Assembly: GCA_030141605.1 (NCBI GenBank)
Contig: JAQGDQ010000102.1
Span: forward strand, 511,266 to 575,265
Source: Tubiluchus corallicola
Taxonomy: Eukaryota; Animalia; Priapulida
Length of the DNA: 64,000 nt
Reading direction: 5' to 3'
Below the pieces are notes generated by a model. The model worked only from the letters and a program-made list of their open reading frames with translations, did no database searches and had not been told where the DNA came from. The position numbers were made by a program, and so were the translations under genes. Shown piece by piece: positions 27,801 through 43,200 of this stretch; the stretch's first letter is position 1, and each line of letters starts with the position of its first letter.

Positions 27801-30800
27801 TAAATACTTCCATTTCCATCAAATTGTCCGGATAATTTTTTTTATCGCATGTCCGGCCGGTTTCCGCAATTTTGTTTCTCTCTAATTGTTTCCGCACTTA
27901 TTCTAATAACCAGTGGGCTAACCATTTGCATAACAAATGATACCAAGCTTTTTGTTATTAAGATGAATTTCTTTCTACAAGAACTGAAAGTTTCTCTATG
28001 GTATAATGGTTAGCACAGCCACCCGCAATAAGGAATAACTGTGACTGGATCCGAAATTTTGAAACTTCCTAATTTCTTTCACTAACAATCAGTTACATAA
28101 TATACAGGAAGTTGTGCTCACTGCTGACTGAATCTGTTCATTGACATCTGGAAGTCTCGACGGTGGACAGCTCTCAGTAGGACGTGTAGCGGATCGTAAA
28201 GCTCATTCCACGTGTCTTCTGCAAGAATAGAAAGTGAAATATTGAGACTTGTGTGTGCTTGCAAACAAATGTCTGCTTACAAACAAATGTCTGCTTACAA
28301 ACAAATGTGTGCTTGCAAACAAACGTGTGCTTGCAAACAAATGTGTGCTTGCGAACAAACGTGTGCTTACAAACAAATGTGTGCTTAGAAGCAAATGTGA
28401 GCTTACAAACACATGTGTGCTTGCAAACAAACGTGTGCTTGCAAACAAACGTGTGCTTGCAAACACATGTGTGCTTGCGAACAAACGTGTGCTTACAAAC
28501 AAATGTGTGCTTAGAAGCAAATGTGAGCTTACAAACACATGTGTGTTTGCAAACAAACGTGTGCTTGCAAACAAACGTGTGCTTGCGAACAAACGTGTGC
28601 TCGCAAACAAACGTGCTCAGAAGCAAATGTGAGCTTGCAAACACATGTGTGCTTGCGAACAAACGTGTGCTTGCGAACAAACGTGTGCTTGCGAACAAAC
28701 GTGTGCTTGCGAACAAACGTGTGCTTGCAAACAAACGTGTGCTTGCGAACAAACGTGTGCTTGCGAACAAACGTGTGCTTGCGAACAAACGTGTGCTTGC
28801 GAACAAACGTGTGCTTGCGAACAAACGTGTGCTTACGAACAAATGCAACCTAGGGCTCCTCAGATTTGGAGGCCCCCTCAAGCTTCGGTAGCATTTGATA
28901 AAAGATCTGTTTTTTCACCACCATTGTGTTGAAAAATGTGCTAATTTGGTTTGCAATAAATACTAAACTAGTAGCATTTCGTAAGGATATTTTTCGACAA
29001 ACAAAAGACAGCCGTCCTTGTTTATTTAAAGAATTTGCAATAAGTTTACTTCAATCTATATAAAAGTCGTTAAAATATACCACGAGTGAAATATATTCAA
29101 GAAAGATGAGGGCGAGTTAAAGGGTAGTTTGTCTGAGGGGGTGATTTTCGTTAGTCTAGGCCCTAGGGGCCTGAAAAGGTCATAATCCAGCCCTGGAAGG
29201 TCTGCATTCATTATAGGTAAACTTAGAGCAAGAATTAAACTGCCTCACTCTAAATTCCCAAACTAAAAAGCTAGAATTAAAAACCTTGAAATATACAGTT
29301 CATATTATGCAAAGAAATTATAAAGACAAGCTAACCTTTCGGTGTGTACATTCCCTGCTGCAGTTCGCCGTCTGACTGCAGGTTCGGAGCTCTGTAATCG
29401 GCCACCTGACATAACCAATCCATAATATAAGTTATGGTTCAGTTACAGAAAAACAGTGTTTATATTAAGAATAATCGAAAAAGCAATTTTTATTACAGGC
29501 ACATAAAACATTTATAGTTAAAAAACAACATAACTTTACTAAAACTTTTACATTAAAAAGTTAAAATCATGCCAGAAGTTTCGACTAGCTGCTGCTGTCA
29601 TCACTAGTGGTGAATTTACAAACCTACAACCAGTTTATATAGGCAGAGCCTATCATGCACTAATAAAATAGTTAACACAAGCCAAATAGGTAATGAATAA
29701 CCAGACCAGTAAAGAAATTGATACAGTCACTGATGCATTAATTATGTATTTACAAAAGCCAAATAGGTAATGATTAAGCAGACCCGAAGAAAAGAAATTG
29801 ATACAGTAACAAATAGCTAAGTGTTTGAAAATAAAGTTAAAGGAATTGAACTGCTCTGAACATTAAGAGGCTTATTAGGGTACATATTCGAAAAAAACCA
29901 TTTTAAAAAAGTACAAACAGAGAAAAACAGTAAAGTTTAGCATACTATATGTCATGTCTTTGCTTTTACAATTTTACAAGACAACGAATTCAACATGTTG
30001 GCTTTATTTTATTTTATGGCTACTGTCAACAACTTAGAAATTTGCACAGGAAATAAGATTAATACCTTCATTGTATTACAACTACCGGGCACTAGGGGAG
30101 CTACCATCTACTTGAAAATTATTACATGCCAGTTGGACAATTTCGTAACATTTCATAAGCATGTCAAAGCTTTTTTGAGTATGTACATACTTTAGTTAAT
30201 TTAAACTTTTGCAGGCTTACCTAATATTTCACCCAGACTTTTATCACTGAACTATCAAACATTTTGCCAAGATATGAAAGTAAGAATAATTTCTTAAAAT
30301 AAGATCTAAAGTAAGCCTTTTCTTCTAAGCCTGGCAGAGTTGCACAGCTACAAATTCATTTGAAATTTTTTCTTACTCCTACACACCTCGGAAAGTATTT
30401 GTTCAAAGTGGCTTGGCTGCCCGGTGATGCCACACTTTTCCGGGACCTGGTCCAGCAGCTGGCTGTGCGTTCGATCGTGTATAGCTAACAAGGTAACCAC
30501 CTCCAGCTTCGTAATGTCGGCTTCTGTCAAGCCTAAATTTGAACACAAACATAAGAGCAGTAAGTTTTTGCTTAACGACTCTCCATTAGCGATGTTTCGT
30601 TTTAACGATGCTGAACATTTGAAACCCTTTTCTTACTTAACGACGCATGCTTCATTTTAATGACAATTTTTTACTTTGCTCAAAGCCACTTTTATTTTAT
30701 GAACAACATTTTTTGCCTAATTTAAAAAATTAGAACAGTACATGTTGCGTTATTCTGTTCTAAAAACATGCTAATAACGTAAAACAGTAAAATTATTATG

Positions 30801-33800
30801 TGTTTTCGCTTTTATTAACCATCTTTCTAATGAACGATGCCTGCTGTATTTAAAAAATACTGACTAACTGAAATACAGTCTAACGAACGCAAGTGCATTG
30901 TAACTTACAGTGAACATCTTAATTGCATGTATTGTCAAAGTATAGTGGACAAAATGTTTCTCAGCTGACGTTTTTATTTCCTCTATAAGCTACGTAGTTA
31001 TGTGCTAATATGATAATTATGAATACACGTACCTAAATGTAATCGAATAGACAGTATCTGAGCGAGCAGAATCAGCATTCCTTCTAGCATGGATGCTTCC
31101 TTGTCTTTCTCGAGGAACGGTTTTGAATCGATGCCAAAAGACAGCCATTGTCCTACGTGAAACCTGAACAAAATGTTGATTGAAATGTCGAATGTTGAAT
31201 GTTGAACGATGACTACAAGACAAATCGAAAGAAAACTAGCGTGCATAACAGCATATTTATTTCCCAGAAAAAATGGATTCATTTTAGTATTATAACAAGA
31301 ACCAGAAGAAGAGAAACGTCAAAAAGAAGAAAAATAGGAAGAACATGGAGGAGGAGAAAACAAAGAAGAAGAAGAAGAAGGCACAATGGAATCTATTCTC
31401 TAGTCATATATTCGTAAACCAGGCACAAAAAGATGTCAGGTGGCTAGCCAATCACGTGACACTACTATAATTCGTACGCAGAACCAATGGGATCAAGTAC
31501 CGTACCACTCAACCACTCGGTTTTCTTAAAAACTGCACTTCCTACCAAAGTATCAAAATCAGAAAATACTCCAGGGTAGAAGAAACAAAGAATTATTTAC
31601 CAATATGTTTTACTACTGACTGTGCTATTTACAGCAATTTATTTCCCTAAAAAGCAATTTTATAGAACAAAACTTTTCTTACTATAAACTGCAGAACCGC
31701 ACACACACAATGGCTCACTACAAATTAAAACCCACTCACCTATCTAGAACCGTGGTAAGAAATCTGTCAGGATCCAAACGACATGCGCAAACCTAGCAGA
31801 AAAAAATCAATAATTTTTCAATGAAATCAGGACACACTTTCTATTGAATTCCATTTATTTTACGCAGGTCTACAAACAAAAATTAGAAAACCACAAACAT
31901 CAAACTAAATGTATTGATGAAGCAAATAAAAAAAACTTAATGATAACATTGGAATTATTCTAATCGTAACACAAGACAAACACATCAAACCCTACATTCG
32001 CAGCACAGTTAAAGAACCCACAAATGAAAACAGCATTTTTTGCCCAGCTGTTAAAGGAAAGGACAAGTCTTCTGAGAAGTTGGGCTTGTTTTAAAGATTG
32101 CAAAAAATGTCAACTTTAGTAGTAAAAGTGTTGTAAGTGCCTCGAGTAATTAGCAAGATCACATTAAAGTCGCGATAATTTCACCCCCGGGTGCTTTCAT
32201 TTCGAACACCCCATTCTTCCACCAACGATGTAGTTTGTCAACTGAAGAAAAGCACCGCACTATGAATTTCCGTCACATTAATATAGATTTTTCCAAAAAA
32301 AAATACAGCTAATTTTTGACATTTTTGCATGAATATTAGGTACGCTGCAGAAGTTTGAAGTAGTTTAAACAGCGCGGGCTTACGAAAAGCCAAGATGTGC
32401 TTACGAAAAGTCACGATGTGCTTATGAAAAGCCACGATGTGCTTAGGAAAAGCCACGATGTGCTTACGAAAAGCCACAATGTGCTTACGAAAAGCCACAA
32501 TGTGCTTACGAAAAGCCACAATGTGCTTACGAACAGTCACGATGTCCACCAGTCACGTCATAATTTTCAAGTGAATGGCGGCTACCATAGCGCCTGAAAA
32601 TTTCTATACAGCGGTAGTATAGATTAAGTTTATGCTTAATAAACAGGCTTTTTACAAACTTCTTTTTGGTATTTTTCAAAAGATAACAGTAAATGGTTGT
32701 TCTTTCCTTTAAGCTGTAAAATCAGCTATAAGTTTTATTTTAAAAATCACATTTAAATGTCAATTCAGAATAATTATGGTAATGTTATTTTGTGCATACA
32801 AATGTCACGGAAGACATTAATTAATTTTGTCATAGTTGGTAGTGGTGACTGTCTCATCATGATGACATGATAGCCATCACCGTTGCTGTGATTGTCATTG
32901 TCACTGTTGTTTTCATCACCATCATCATCACATCACATGATCATCACTTATCACGACAATGCACATTTTTAATATAACAAGGCACAGCAATAGAAGCCCT
33001 TTACCGACCAAAATAAAAATGTCTAATGTTGAATTTATTCCTAACAACATCGACATGCATACAAACAGGAATCCAGTTTTACTGAACTAGTAGGCATAGT
33101 CACTGGTCAGTAGGACTGGTCACTGGTCAATTCAAAATCAACACAAACCTGAAGAAGATAGATATCTGGATCAATGGTAGAATTACAGAAATGGCACTGG
33201 ACGTAGGTCATTGCTTGACCTTTAATTTGAAGACCGTTTCTCACCCACATGCCGCAGAATATTTCGTAAAATGAAACCTGAAAAGAGAAGGTGCCTATGA
33301 TCTCACAGTAGAATGAATGATTCCCTTTACCCTGTTTCTGAGCACAGTCACTGTGCAGACTTAGTGTTGCTCAACTGCAGTTACAAAAACATGCACAGTA
33401 GTCATCAATCTACTGTCTTCGTTTCACCCAAAAAACAGAAAATTGCATTTTTGCTATTACTCAATAGGGGAAAAACTGATCGCAGAACTTTAGTCATTGG
33501 AGCAATTGTGGCAAGCAAAAGGTGAGAGTTGCTATAAGAAATCAAAGTTCAAACTCCCACGTCAAAACCAGATGTAGTCTTTAGGTTAATTACTCTACAA
33601 TATTCTAGCAAATTAACTACAACATAGTTTTTAGATGTAGATAACAACTTTTCCCTGCAAACAAGGTGCTTGCACTGTCATATTTAGTTTTTATGCAATT
33701 ACAAAATTGAAATTAACAGCCACATTGCCATTGTCAAAAGCTCCTGCTTGCTGAGTTGATGACGAAACCCGATCTTTGTCATCCATATCCCTTGTGAACA

Positions 33801-34036
33801 ACTGTACACAAACCATAGTGTTCAGCCGTGCTACTTTACTGGACCAGGGACTACTAAATATACACAGAGAAGAACTGTAGTCCCTGACTGGGTCTGGCTT
33901 TACTGAGCTACACGTCCTACAGTGTATGCACGATGCAGCTGACCAAGCATTGAGTGCATAAAACAATCAGCTACAGCTGTTAGAAGTTCTTATCAGGCAG
34001 TCAGTTTGCATCTCAGATAAGGTTATTATTTGAGCA

Positions 34037-34072
<36 letters not shown>

Positions 34073-37000
34073 CCTTATTATTATTTGTGCATTCAGCAGA
34101 GATAAAGAAAACAAGGCGGCTAAATGATAAAGACAGGCCAAGTTTAAAACGTTATTCTTGGATAGATAAGCAACGCAAGTTGAGTAACGTTGCTAACCAA
34201 AGCAACAAATAATCTGATTAAGAGACTAAGCAGAGCAACTGTGTTACGTTACTCATTACTATAATAGTTATGATACAATGAGGCGACCAGTTGCTATAAC
34301 TTAACAGCTACCAGCCACTCCAGCGACCAGCGTTCTGATGATATTCTAAAGCGACAGGCGACCGGCGACCAGCATCTTTTCGACACTCACCCAATGATAA
34401 CTCGGTCCGAGGTCACGCGATAACAGTCTGTTTTATTTATAAAATGCCATAATTCACAGTTGCGTAATTATTCAACCGAATATTAAATTGGTTAATGAGA
34501 TTGGTATAATGTCATAAATTTATAACAAAAGCACAAAATATATGATTCAGGGAACACAGTAGCATCAAGTTTGGATAAGCTGCCCTCCTTTTAGAGGAGA
34601 AAATGAGTATAGTAAATAATTAATGAAAGAATATCCGCTCTTTTACTGGCCATTTAACTAAAGTTATATTACTTTCATTTTTGTTTTATTATATTAGTGT
34701 TGCTTTCTACAAATACTAATATAAATATTAGTACATACATATATATATGGTTGTACGCAGTTGCCAGTCGCCTTAGTGTATTGTCAGGATGGTTGGAGTC
34801 GCTGGCAGCTGAAAGTTATAGCCACTGGTCACCTGTCGCTTTAGTGTACCATCAGAATGTAATCTGATTACAATAACTTGTTATTACCCAAAACTCTACT
34901 ACAAAAATACCTGGATTTGAAGCGGATGCATCATCATTTCCCAAAGAACGTCCTCCGCATTTTTTGCCGGAAGTAAATCGTCTAAGGATGCTTCCTGAAA
35001 CTGAACCGCTTGGCTGACTAGAAGAGCATACCACCGGTGCAGCGGTATGTGGAAAGACATTTTGTACATTGAACACTGTTAAAGAGAACGAAAATAATGA
35101 ATCAGTAAGAAAACATGCCATGAAGTAGTGAAGAAAGGCAACGGGCATATTGTTTTGGCTAAGAACTCAGTTAAGCGTGTGAATCACTAATGCATCCACA
35201 TCCAGCGAGAAAGAACATATTGTCATCAGGTGATGAAATCAAAGATTCTGGCAGCAGACGCTAGAAGCTCTTCCTATTTTTAGAGCACCTGGCACACAGC
35301 ATCTGTTTCTCAACTTAGTAAAGGAGCCATCACAATACAGATTACAATTCCGAACTTTGAGACCTTTTTTCTTTCAACGATAACATTTCGATTCAACAAC
35401 ACCATTATACAAGGTACTGTACGTTTTGAGCAAGCAACACAGTTAAACCTATAGCTCAGTAAGTGGTGATCTATAATTTATGCAAATCATGAAGCTACTG
35501 CAGTAACATTCCAACATATATTGTTATTTTTTTGCCTTTCAGTAAACAAATAACGTATCAGTAATAAAACTCATAAAATATTTGATTTATGTACAAAAAG
35601 GTGAGGAAAAAAAGGAAGATGATCCCATCCGATTCAACTTGCTTATCCCGTGACAGCGACAGGCACTTAATTTCTAATTTCCACATTTGACCCAGAGCAA
35701 GACTCCTGCAATTTATGTTAACAAGTACCAACATGTTGCTGTATCTGTCATGTTCACCAATCCTACCATGCTGTAGCTTTGGCTGGAAAACTGTGTATAT
35801 CGTACCTACTGTCGTTGAATGAATCTATTGCAGAGGCAGTTCAATCAATTCAATTCAATCATTTTATTTCCTCAACATTCGTTTCACATTACAATATATA
35901 GTAATAGCAAATTTAAAAAATATTTGAGTAGGGTCCAAGGGTCGCTAACTCAGCTGCTCATTTTTTAAGAAAATAATTTTTTCTTATTAGGCGCAAACTT
36001 TTGTGTGAACAGGGGAGTAGGTGCCATGTTTTTTCCATAGTTTTCATTAGTTCTACTTTCTATGTTTTTATGTAAATGGAACCATTTCAGTGCGCACTAC
36101 TAGGCACCATAATTTTGTGTACTCAAAAATAAAGTAGTTCGGCGTCACACCACATGGGTTATTGAGATTTCGTTCGTGTTTATAGTGTTATAACTCACTA
36201 ATCTTTTTGTACACATGATAAAATAACACTACATTAATTAGCTGGAAAAATACAACACTACTTACATGTATATTACCACAAGCATCAAACCAGTCTTTAA
36301 CTGCTTCTACGCATTTATCGAGAACCAACTTCGTGTATTTTAGAGTTTCCTGCACAGAACAATAACAAAAGAAACTCTTTTGGTGAAGTTATAGGTGCTG
36401 TGAAGGAGTTATACACTCATATCTGAGTTTGCCGAACCTCGCTTTTACGGATATCGGAAAAATCGGACTAAATCTGGACGGTTAAAAGTCCCGCATACTA
36501 CGGACACAGTCCGTTGTTTTGCGGAACGGACCGCTAGTTGGCGGGCAGTCACTTTGTTTACATCATTACATCAATGCACTGTGTGTAGCTTGTATGTCAG
36601 GAGAGGCCACAGTTTTTAAGGCAATTAGGCAATTGAATCTACATTACCGTGAATCTAATACACGGCGCCTACTGTATTAGCTTAGTATCGGTAAATACGG
36701 ACAACCGACACTGTCTTGTCCGCCAAACCAAGATATGAGTGTAGTTATAGTAGTGTTTGAGTAGAATGTTTGTTTCTTGTTATTTGTGTCATTTGTACTT
36801 TAAAACAAGTTACTTAACATTATTTACTGTATTATACACACTATTGTGCATCATTCAGATACTAACAAAAAAAATAACAAATATTAATATTTAAATTTGT
36901 CAAAATTATTTTGATCTTTTAATTACGAAAATGATTTCATTATACATCATAATAGTTGTTAATCACACAAGTCGCTCAAAAGCCGCTATTAGTACCGTTT

Positions 37001-37141
37001 AGTTAAAGAAATAAATAGAAATGTTTTATAAACAGGAGTGGCTGCTTGGGTCCATTATGATCTTTCGCCACTAAGTAAGTGAGTAAGTGAGTGAGTGAGT
37101 GAGTGAGTGAGTGAGTGAGTGAGTGAGTGAGTGAGTGAGTG

Positions 37142-37208
<67 letters not shown>

Positions 37209-40200
37209 TTATTATTTAGTCACCATTTTTGTAAAAGCAAAATACATAACTAAGTGGTCTACAAATCTGTACAACATACGATAATATTACAACGTGTAAA
37301 AGTGATTATTGATTAGTGGTGAAAGGGTGGAGAAAGAACTATAAGTTATCGAGGTCAGCCACCCTCTCAGAATTGTTACTAATATAATTAATTAATGCGC
37401 ATGTACCAAGTAATTAACAATTATCAGATTTTGCATTTAATACAATTGTTGATTGAATTATGATAAAAAAGAGTTAGTTTGTAGTAGAATAATGTTCAAT
37501 CACTATAAAGAAGCGATAAATGTGACCATCTTTAAATATTAAGTAAACAACTTTATGTATTTAAAATTATTATTATGATTAGGACCTAGAGTAAAAGAAA
37601 GAAAAAAATTAATTTTTCGCTTATAGCTAGCAAAAGTGGGTAAACATGTATGCTGAGTCATAAAAAAGAGTTGAAAGCAAACGTATCTTGACTTTGTCTC
37701 ATACAATTGCAGTCAACTGTGAATGAATAAACATTTTATATGTATATGAAATGAGACTGATAAGCACAATATATTCTAAAATCTGTATCTAAATCATTTA
37801 TAAATATAAACAAAATTCAAATAATCAGTACTGTCCAATATTAGGAAAGCTCCTTCACTTCCTAGTTATAAAAATTCCTATCGCCTGTAAATGATACCGT
37901 TGTCTTTGCTTTCTCTAGAGGATAATGTCCTTGAGAGTGCAAATAGTGCAATTACAAGTTCACTGTTGTGCCAGACCATTAAGAAAATTCAGTTTTTACA
38001 TGATATCCGTTAATTTTGTTACAATGAATATCTACAGGTAAAACAGCTAATGGATCTATTAAGATGAACTTTAAGCTTTGTAATTGTAGCACACTTAGCT
38101 GCAATTTTTTGCTAATCTACTTATAAAATTCATGTACGTGGCGCCATCTGTGTCAGTAATGTAAACCTTTTAGTTTCAAGCCGGCAGTCACCTGTCTCCG
38201 CTTTTTACCTGTGTTGTACACAGTCAAGTTAATCCACTTAATATGGGACATCTCTGTGCTGATTTTTGTTATATAGGTTTTACACAGATGTAGACACAGG
38301 AAAGTTCAAATGTGACTTAGGTAAGTCAAATGTAGACAGGAATTTCGAATGTGTTTTGGTAACCCAAATGTGACTTAGGTAAGTCAAATGTAGATGCATT
38401 ATTTTGAATAAATCAGTAATTAACTTATTTAAGTGCAAATTACAAAAAGATAAACCAAAGATAGTCATCACCTCTTTTATAACTTTGAAAAATGCGTTGC
38501 TAAATTCTTTGATAAACCATAATGTCGGCAGAAAAGAATAAATTGGTTCACACTTCCCAATGAACAGTGAATCACTAATTAGTTTTTTAAGTAATGCATT
38601 AGCACTGCATTAATGATTTAGTTTCTCTCAAGAAACATTGTTTATTTTAAGAATGTATTGTTTTCTCTAACAGTTCCAATGGTATGTAAGGTTTACAGAA
38701 TATTAGTGAACTATTAGTATGAAGTTATTATTTTCATATTCTTAAGAGCAATTATTAAGTTAAGATCAAAGACTTGACGTGTCTACATTTGACTTACTAA
38801 AAACGCTTAAGATTTCTTGAAAACCATTGTTAACACATTTGAACTACCTAAGTCTACATTTGAGTGTTACCAAGACACATTTTAATTACCTAAATCTGCA
38901 TTTGAGTTAACGCAGGTCTACATTTGCCATGTAAAACCTATAATAAAGTATTTCAGTGACATTAACTTCTGTAGGAAACATTTCTGTTATTACAGTGATG
39001 GACACGTTTATATACCAAGATTACGTCAATTGAAGCACCAGGTCCTTCCAGTGCCTTTTAAATGTAATTGACAAAAACACGAGTACGTACTTTTGTTTTC
39101 AGGTGAGAAGAGAGCACCCAGAGCGGTGAGGAGCACGCCTCCAATTCAGCAGAAAAAGCAGCATAGTATGTGTTTGGTTCATATTCCACGTGTTGAGTCA
39201 ATTCTCTCTTATTTACATTCATTCCTATAACATACAATTCACAAACTTATCCACATATTCAAGGAAAAAATAGCTTAATCGTTTGATAAGAGCTATTTAT
39301 TCTTTTCTGTAATCTCTCTCCGTTCAAGTTTTTTTAAGTTTTTTTGTACTTTGTATATTGCATTACAATATTTTTTTGTATTAAGTTTTTAAGTATAAAA
39401 TTTACTGTACACATATATGGTTTATAACTGTGAATGTAAATATATTGTAAATTATTTTATATTGTATTTTATGACCAGCATGAGTGCTACTGCCATTTTC
39501 TTTTATAAAAATGCATTTTTATAAATGTTCGTAAATAAAAAAAACAGATAAGTAAAAATATCATAAATAGGTGATAGTATTTTTAAAATTTTTAAATAAT
39601 CTCTCTCTTTCTTTGTTTTCAAAGTTTCCATACATATAGTACACATCTTGAGTTAACTGTGAAACACATTTATAGTCAGACTCTTTCCCGTCTCCTCCAA
39701 GAAGCCACTTTAAGTCAGTCTACCAGAGCTCTTGAAGAATGCAGAGAAAATTTATTTCTTTGCAATCAATATTTTTCAGTAATGCTTTATTATTTTATCA
39801 GTTTATCTCCACAACTTATTGTAGCTGCAACAAAGATGTTGTCATGTGTATTTTTCTCATCGTGCAGGGCCTCAAACTCAAGTGCTGCCCAAACGCCACA
39901 AGCTATAGCCAGGGCGTATCAAGACATTACGACGCCCTAGGGTGACATTTTTGTCCCGCCCATCTCTATTATGAATTTACGGTTGTTTATCTAACCAGCA
40001 GATTAAACAATTGCTTGTGGTGTATTAGAAACACTATTAACCTAGTTTCTACGTGTTATAATTATTTACATGTACTTGTATAGCACTTATATTCAAGCAG
40101 GTTTCATAACTGCTTGTTGTGTAATACCTTGCAACTGTTCCTTATGTGGCACTTATATACAAGCACAACTTCGTAACTGCCAGTGGTGTGTTATAAAATG

Positions 40201-43200
40201 CGCCCTTTACATGAATATGGAAGTATAGACATTTTCTGAGAATAAGAATTTTTTTCTAAAACGTGACGCCCTCAAAGTTTGCCGCACTAGGCTTTAGCCT
40301 AGTAGGCCTATTGGTTAACACGTCCCCGGCTATAGCTATGCCGCTGACATCGATTAGAACAGTAGTTTACGTTACCCTGAAAATATGTGAGCAGGTCAAA
40401 CCACGCCTCCAGAAGCTTCAGTTCTTCAATGAAGTACAACGTCACTGGCTTGTGTGAGAGAATATTGATGAGGTCGCTAACGAGTGGCCAGTAGCAATGT
40501 TGCTTCATCACGCGTTCTGCACAGTTGACCGACTGGTGAAAGCTATCTTCCTCTGAATCTACGGAAATGACAAAATCAACGAGTGATAAACGCGGCGACA
40601 TGATGATGACGTATGTGAAGTCAAGAGAGGCTGGCATTACATTACGTCATTGCATAAGTGTACGGGTTGATCTTTCCAGGGGGGGGGGATTGGGCTGCGC
40701 CACTTTTGCCTGAAAAGTACAGTGCTAACCCGAAAAAATCTGGAATAGGAAATTGTCTCACCTCACTTCAGGATAAAAAATGCCGGATTTCGGACACTTC
40801 ATTTGGCGGTATGATGAAATTCCAAGATTTCCTTTTATCAAAAATATTATTTTATTTTTTTCATCATTTGACCGGTGCCCGAAAAATTTGGTGATTGCCC
40901 AAATCTGGAAGGGGGGGCACAGCCTCCGGGCTCGTACACCTATGTATCATTGGATTAAAAGAAAATAATACATTATTTTGAACCACAGTGCAAATTGATC
41001 TAACATATAAAAATATTAATGGAAAATACTGTTTTGTTTTTATCAATTTATCTGTTCAATTATGTTTTATCTTCTATGAATGGTGCATTCTGTCACCTAT
41101 AATTATACTTATATCTCGGTTTGCTGGATCTCGCTGTCATGGATCCGGAAAATTCAGACAAAATTTGGTCCGTTAAAAAGTCCTGCATACTACAGACACA
41201 GTCCATTATTTCGCGAGTTGACCGCTAGTTGACTGACCGTAACTTTGTTTTTGGTCCGTTAAAAAGTCCCGCATATTACAGACACACAGTCTGCTATTTC
41301 GCGAGTTGACCGCTAGTTGACTGGCCGTAACTTTGTTTTTGGTCCGTTAAAAAGTCCTGCATACTACACACACAGAGTCCGCTATTTCGTGAGTTGACCG
41401 CTAGTTGACTGGCCGTAACTTTGTTAACATCTAAACAGCATATAACGAGGCTTGATTGTCAGCTGTGTTTAGTGGTTTAATCAGGGTGTGTAAGTCAACT
41501 ATGCAGAGTTATTTGAGTCAACTGCCGAGCATTTTTAAATACTTTTGCATACGAATGGCCCGTACTAGACGTTTTTTACACAATTAGGTGACTGATTCTA
41601 CATTACCATGAGTCTAATATATGGCGCCTAGTATATTAGCTTATATTAGCTTAATATCAGAAAATAAGCACAATCGGCAAATTCGGACTGATGTCTGCCC
41701 GCTTTTGTCTGGCAAACTGAGATATGAGTGTAATATATCGGCAATAGCGACTGCATCTTGGAAGCTCGTTAGAGAAAATATAGGCATTGTGCCTAACGAG
41801 CAGTAAATGTTCTATACGTGATGCGCCAAAACCATGTGATGTTACATGTTTCTACAGAGGTAAACCTGAAATTTGAAATACTAAACTTAAAGCACAAGAA
41901 AACACACTTTATAAATAAATCTAAAAAAATTTGTTTTAAAATTCTGTCATTTACATGCTGTCTTATTGCATATAGGACTCGCTTTAGCAGCAACAATGTA
42001 GAAAATTTGTAAATTTAAACTCCGGCAATTACCGTTGGGCAAAGCTATTTTAAAGGTAGGTCTATTGAAACAAGTTTAGATAACATTGTGTAAAGTTTGA
42101 AAAAATAATCAAAGCATTCGTAGCACACACCTCACTAACTAAGCAAAACTTCAAATTACTTTATATTGTCAATAAGATCAATAATGTGTTTTTGGTGAAT
42201 CAGTGGTGCACACTGGGATGGAGAAGCAGTGCCATTTTGCCAAGTGGGGCAAACATTTTAAATTATTTAGAATTTTCTTTTCCAGTTATATAAGTCTTTC
42301 AAAACAGGTAAACATGATGCCAAATAATACAGCTTTGTAGGAATGAAAAGTTTTTTATGATATACCTAAAAAATCCCCTTTTCTTCCCATTTAAGATTTG
42401 CTTAATTTGGTGCATCATGGCTCTTAAACAGTAATGCCACACATGTGAAACACAACCAGGGAGTGTTTTTGTCGATAGAGAAATTGTTCCACCTATGACG
42501 TCATCGCAAACTAAGCTCGCTGGACATTAATTAAGTTTATAAGTTAATATTCAACATACATTTGATATTATTATATAGGTGATAAAATGCGCTGTTGTAG
42601 GTGATAAAAATTGTACTGTTTTCCTTTAATACGAAAGAAGAAACTCATTAGTGTCTTTGTTAGTGAAATATTTGGAGAATCAAAGACATATTATCAGCAC
42701 TTGGCTGGACAAATCCTTGGCAAGCATTGTATCATTTCTAAAACAGTGCAGAATTTTAATAATTTTACACATTTGCAAATAAAGCGAGTTTTTTTCTAAA
42801 ATAAACAACATGTACCTTCGATGAGCACGTTGCCTATCATATAGTGTAAACTGATTAACATTGTCGTGATCAGGTGATGGTCCTTTGCCATCTTGAACGC
42901 CAGCTGTTCGTTGCTGAAGAGCTGTACGCTGACGTGAACCACACGATTAGACAGCATGTCAGCCTGCTTGGAGTTAGCCAGCGCCATGGAGATGCGGCTA
43001 TAGTACTGAATGAAAGCTCTAGTAAATGCCTCCTGTAAGAAAGTAAAAGTGCCAGGTACTAACTAAAAATAAAAGCAATAACATTTTTACATAGACTTAC
43101 CAACTTCATGATAATGCACTCGTATCAAGGTTTGCCAGGCCTCGATTTTTCGGATATCAGAAGAATCGGATCAAATCTGGACCGTTAAAAAGCCCCGCAC

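Noticed and set aside
27996-28030. tRNA-like TGGTATAATGGTTAGCAC
   Set aside because: A-box-like fragment only; no T-arm or acceptor stem, probably a SINE relic.
28174-28932. Cys-rich repetitive ORFs in all frames; CRISPR-like appearance
   Set aside because: An 18-bp minisatellite with no unique spacers, inside a eukaryotic intron.
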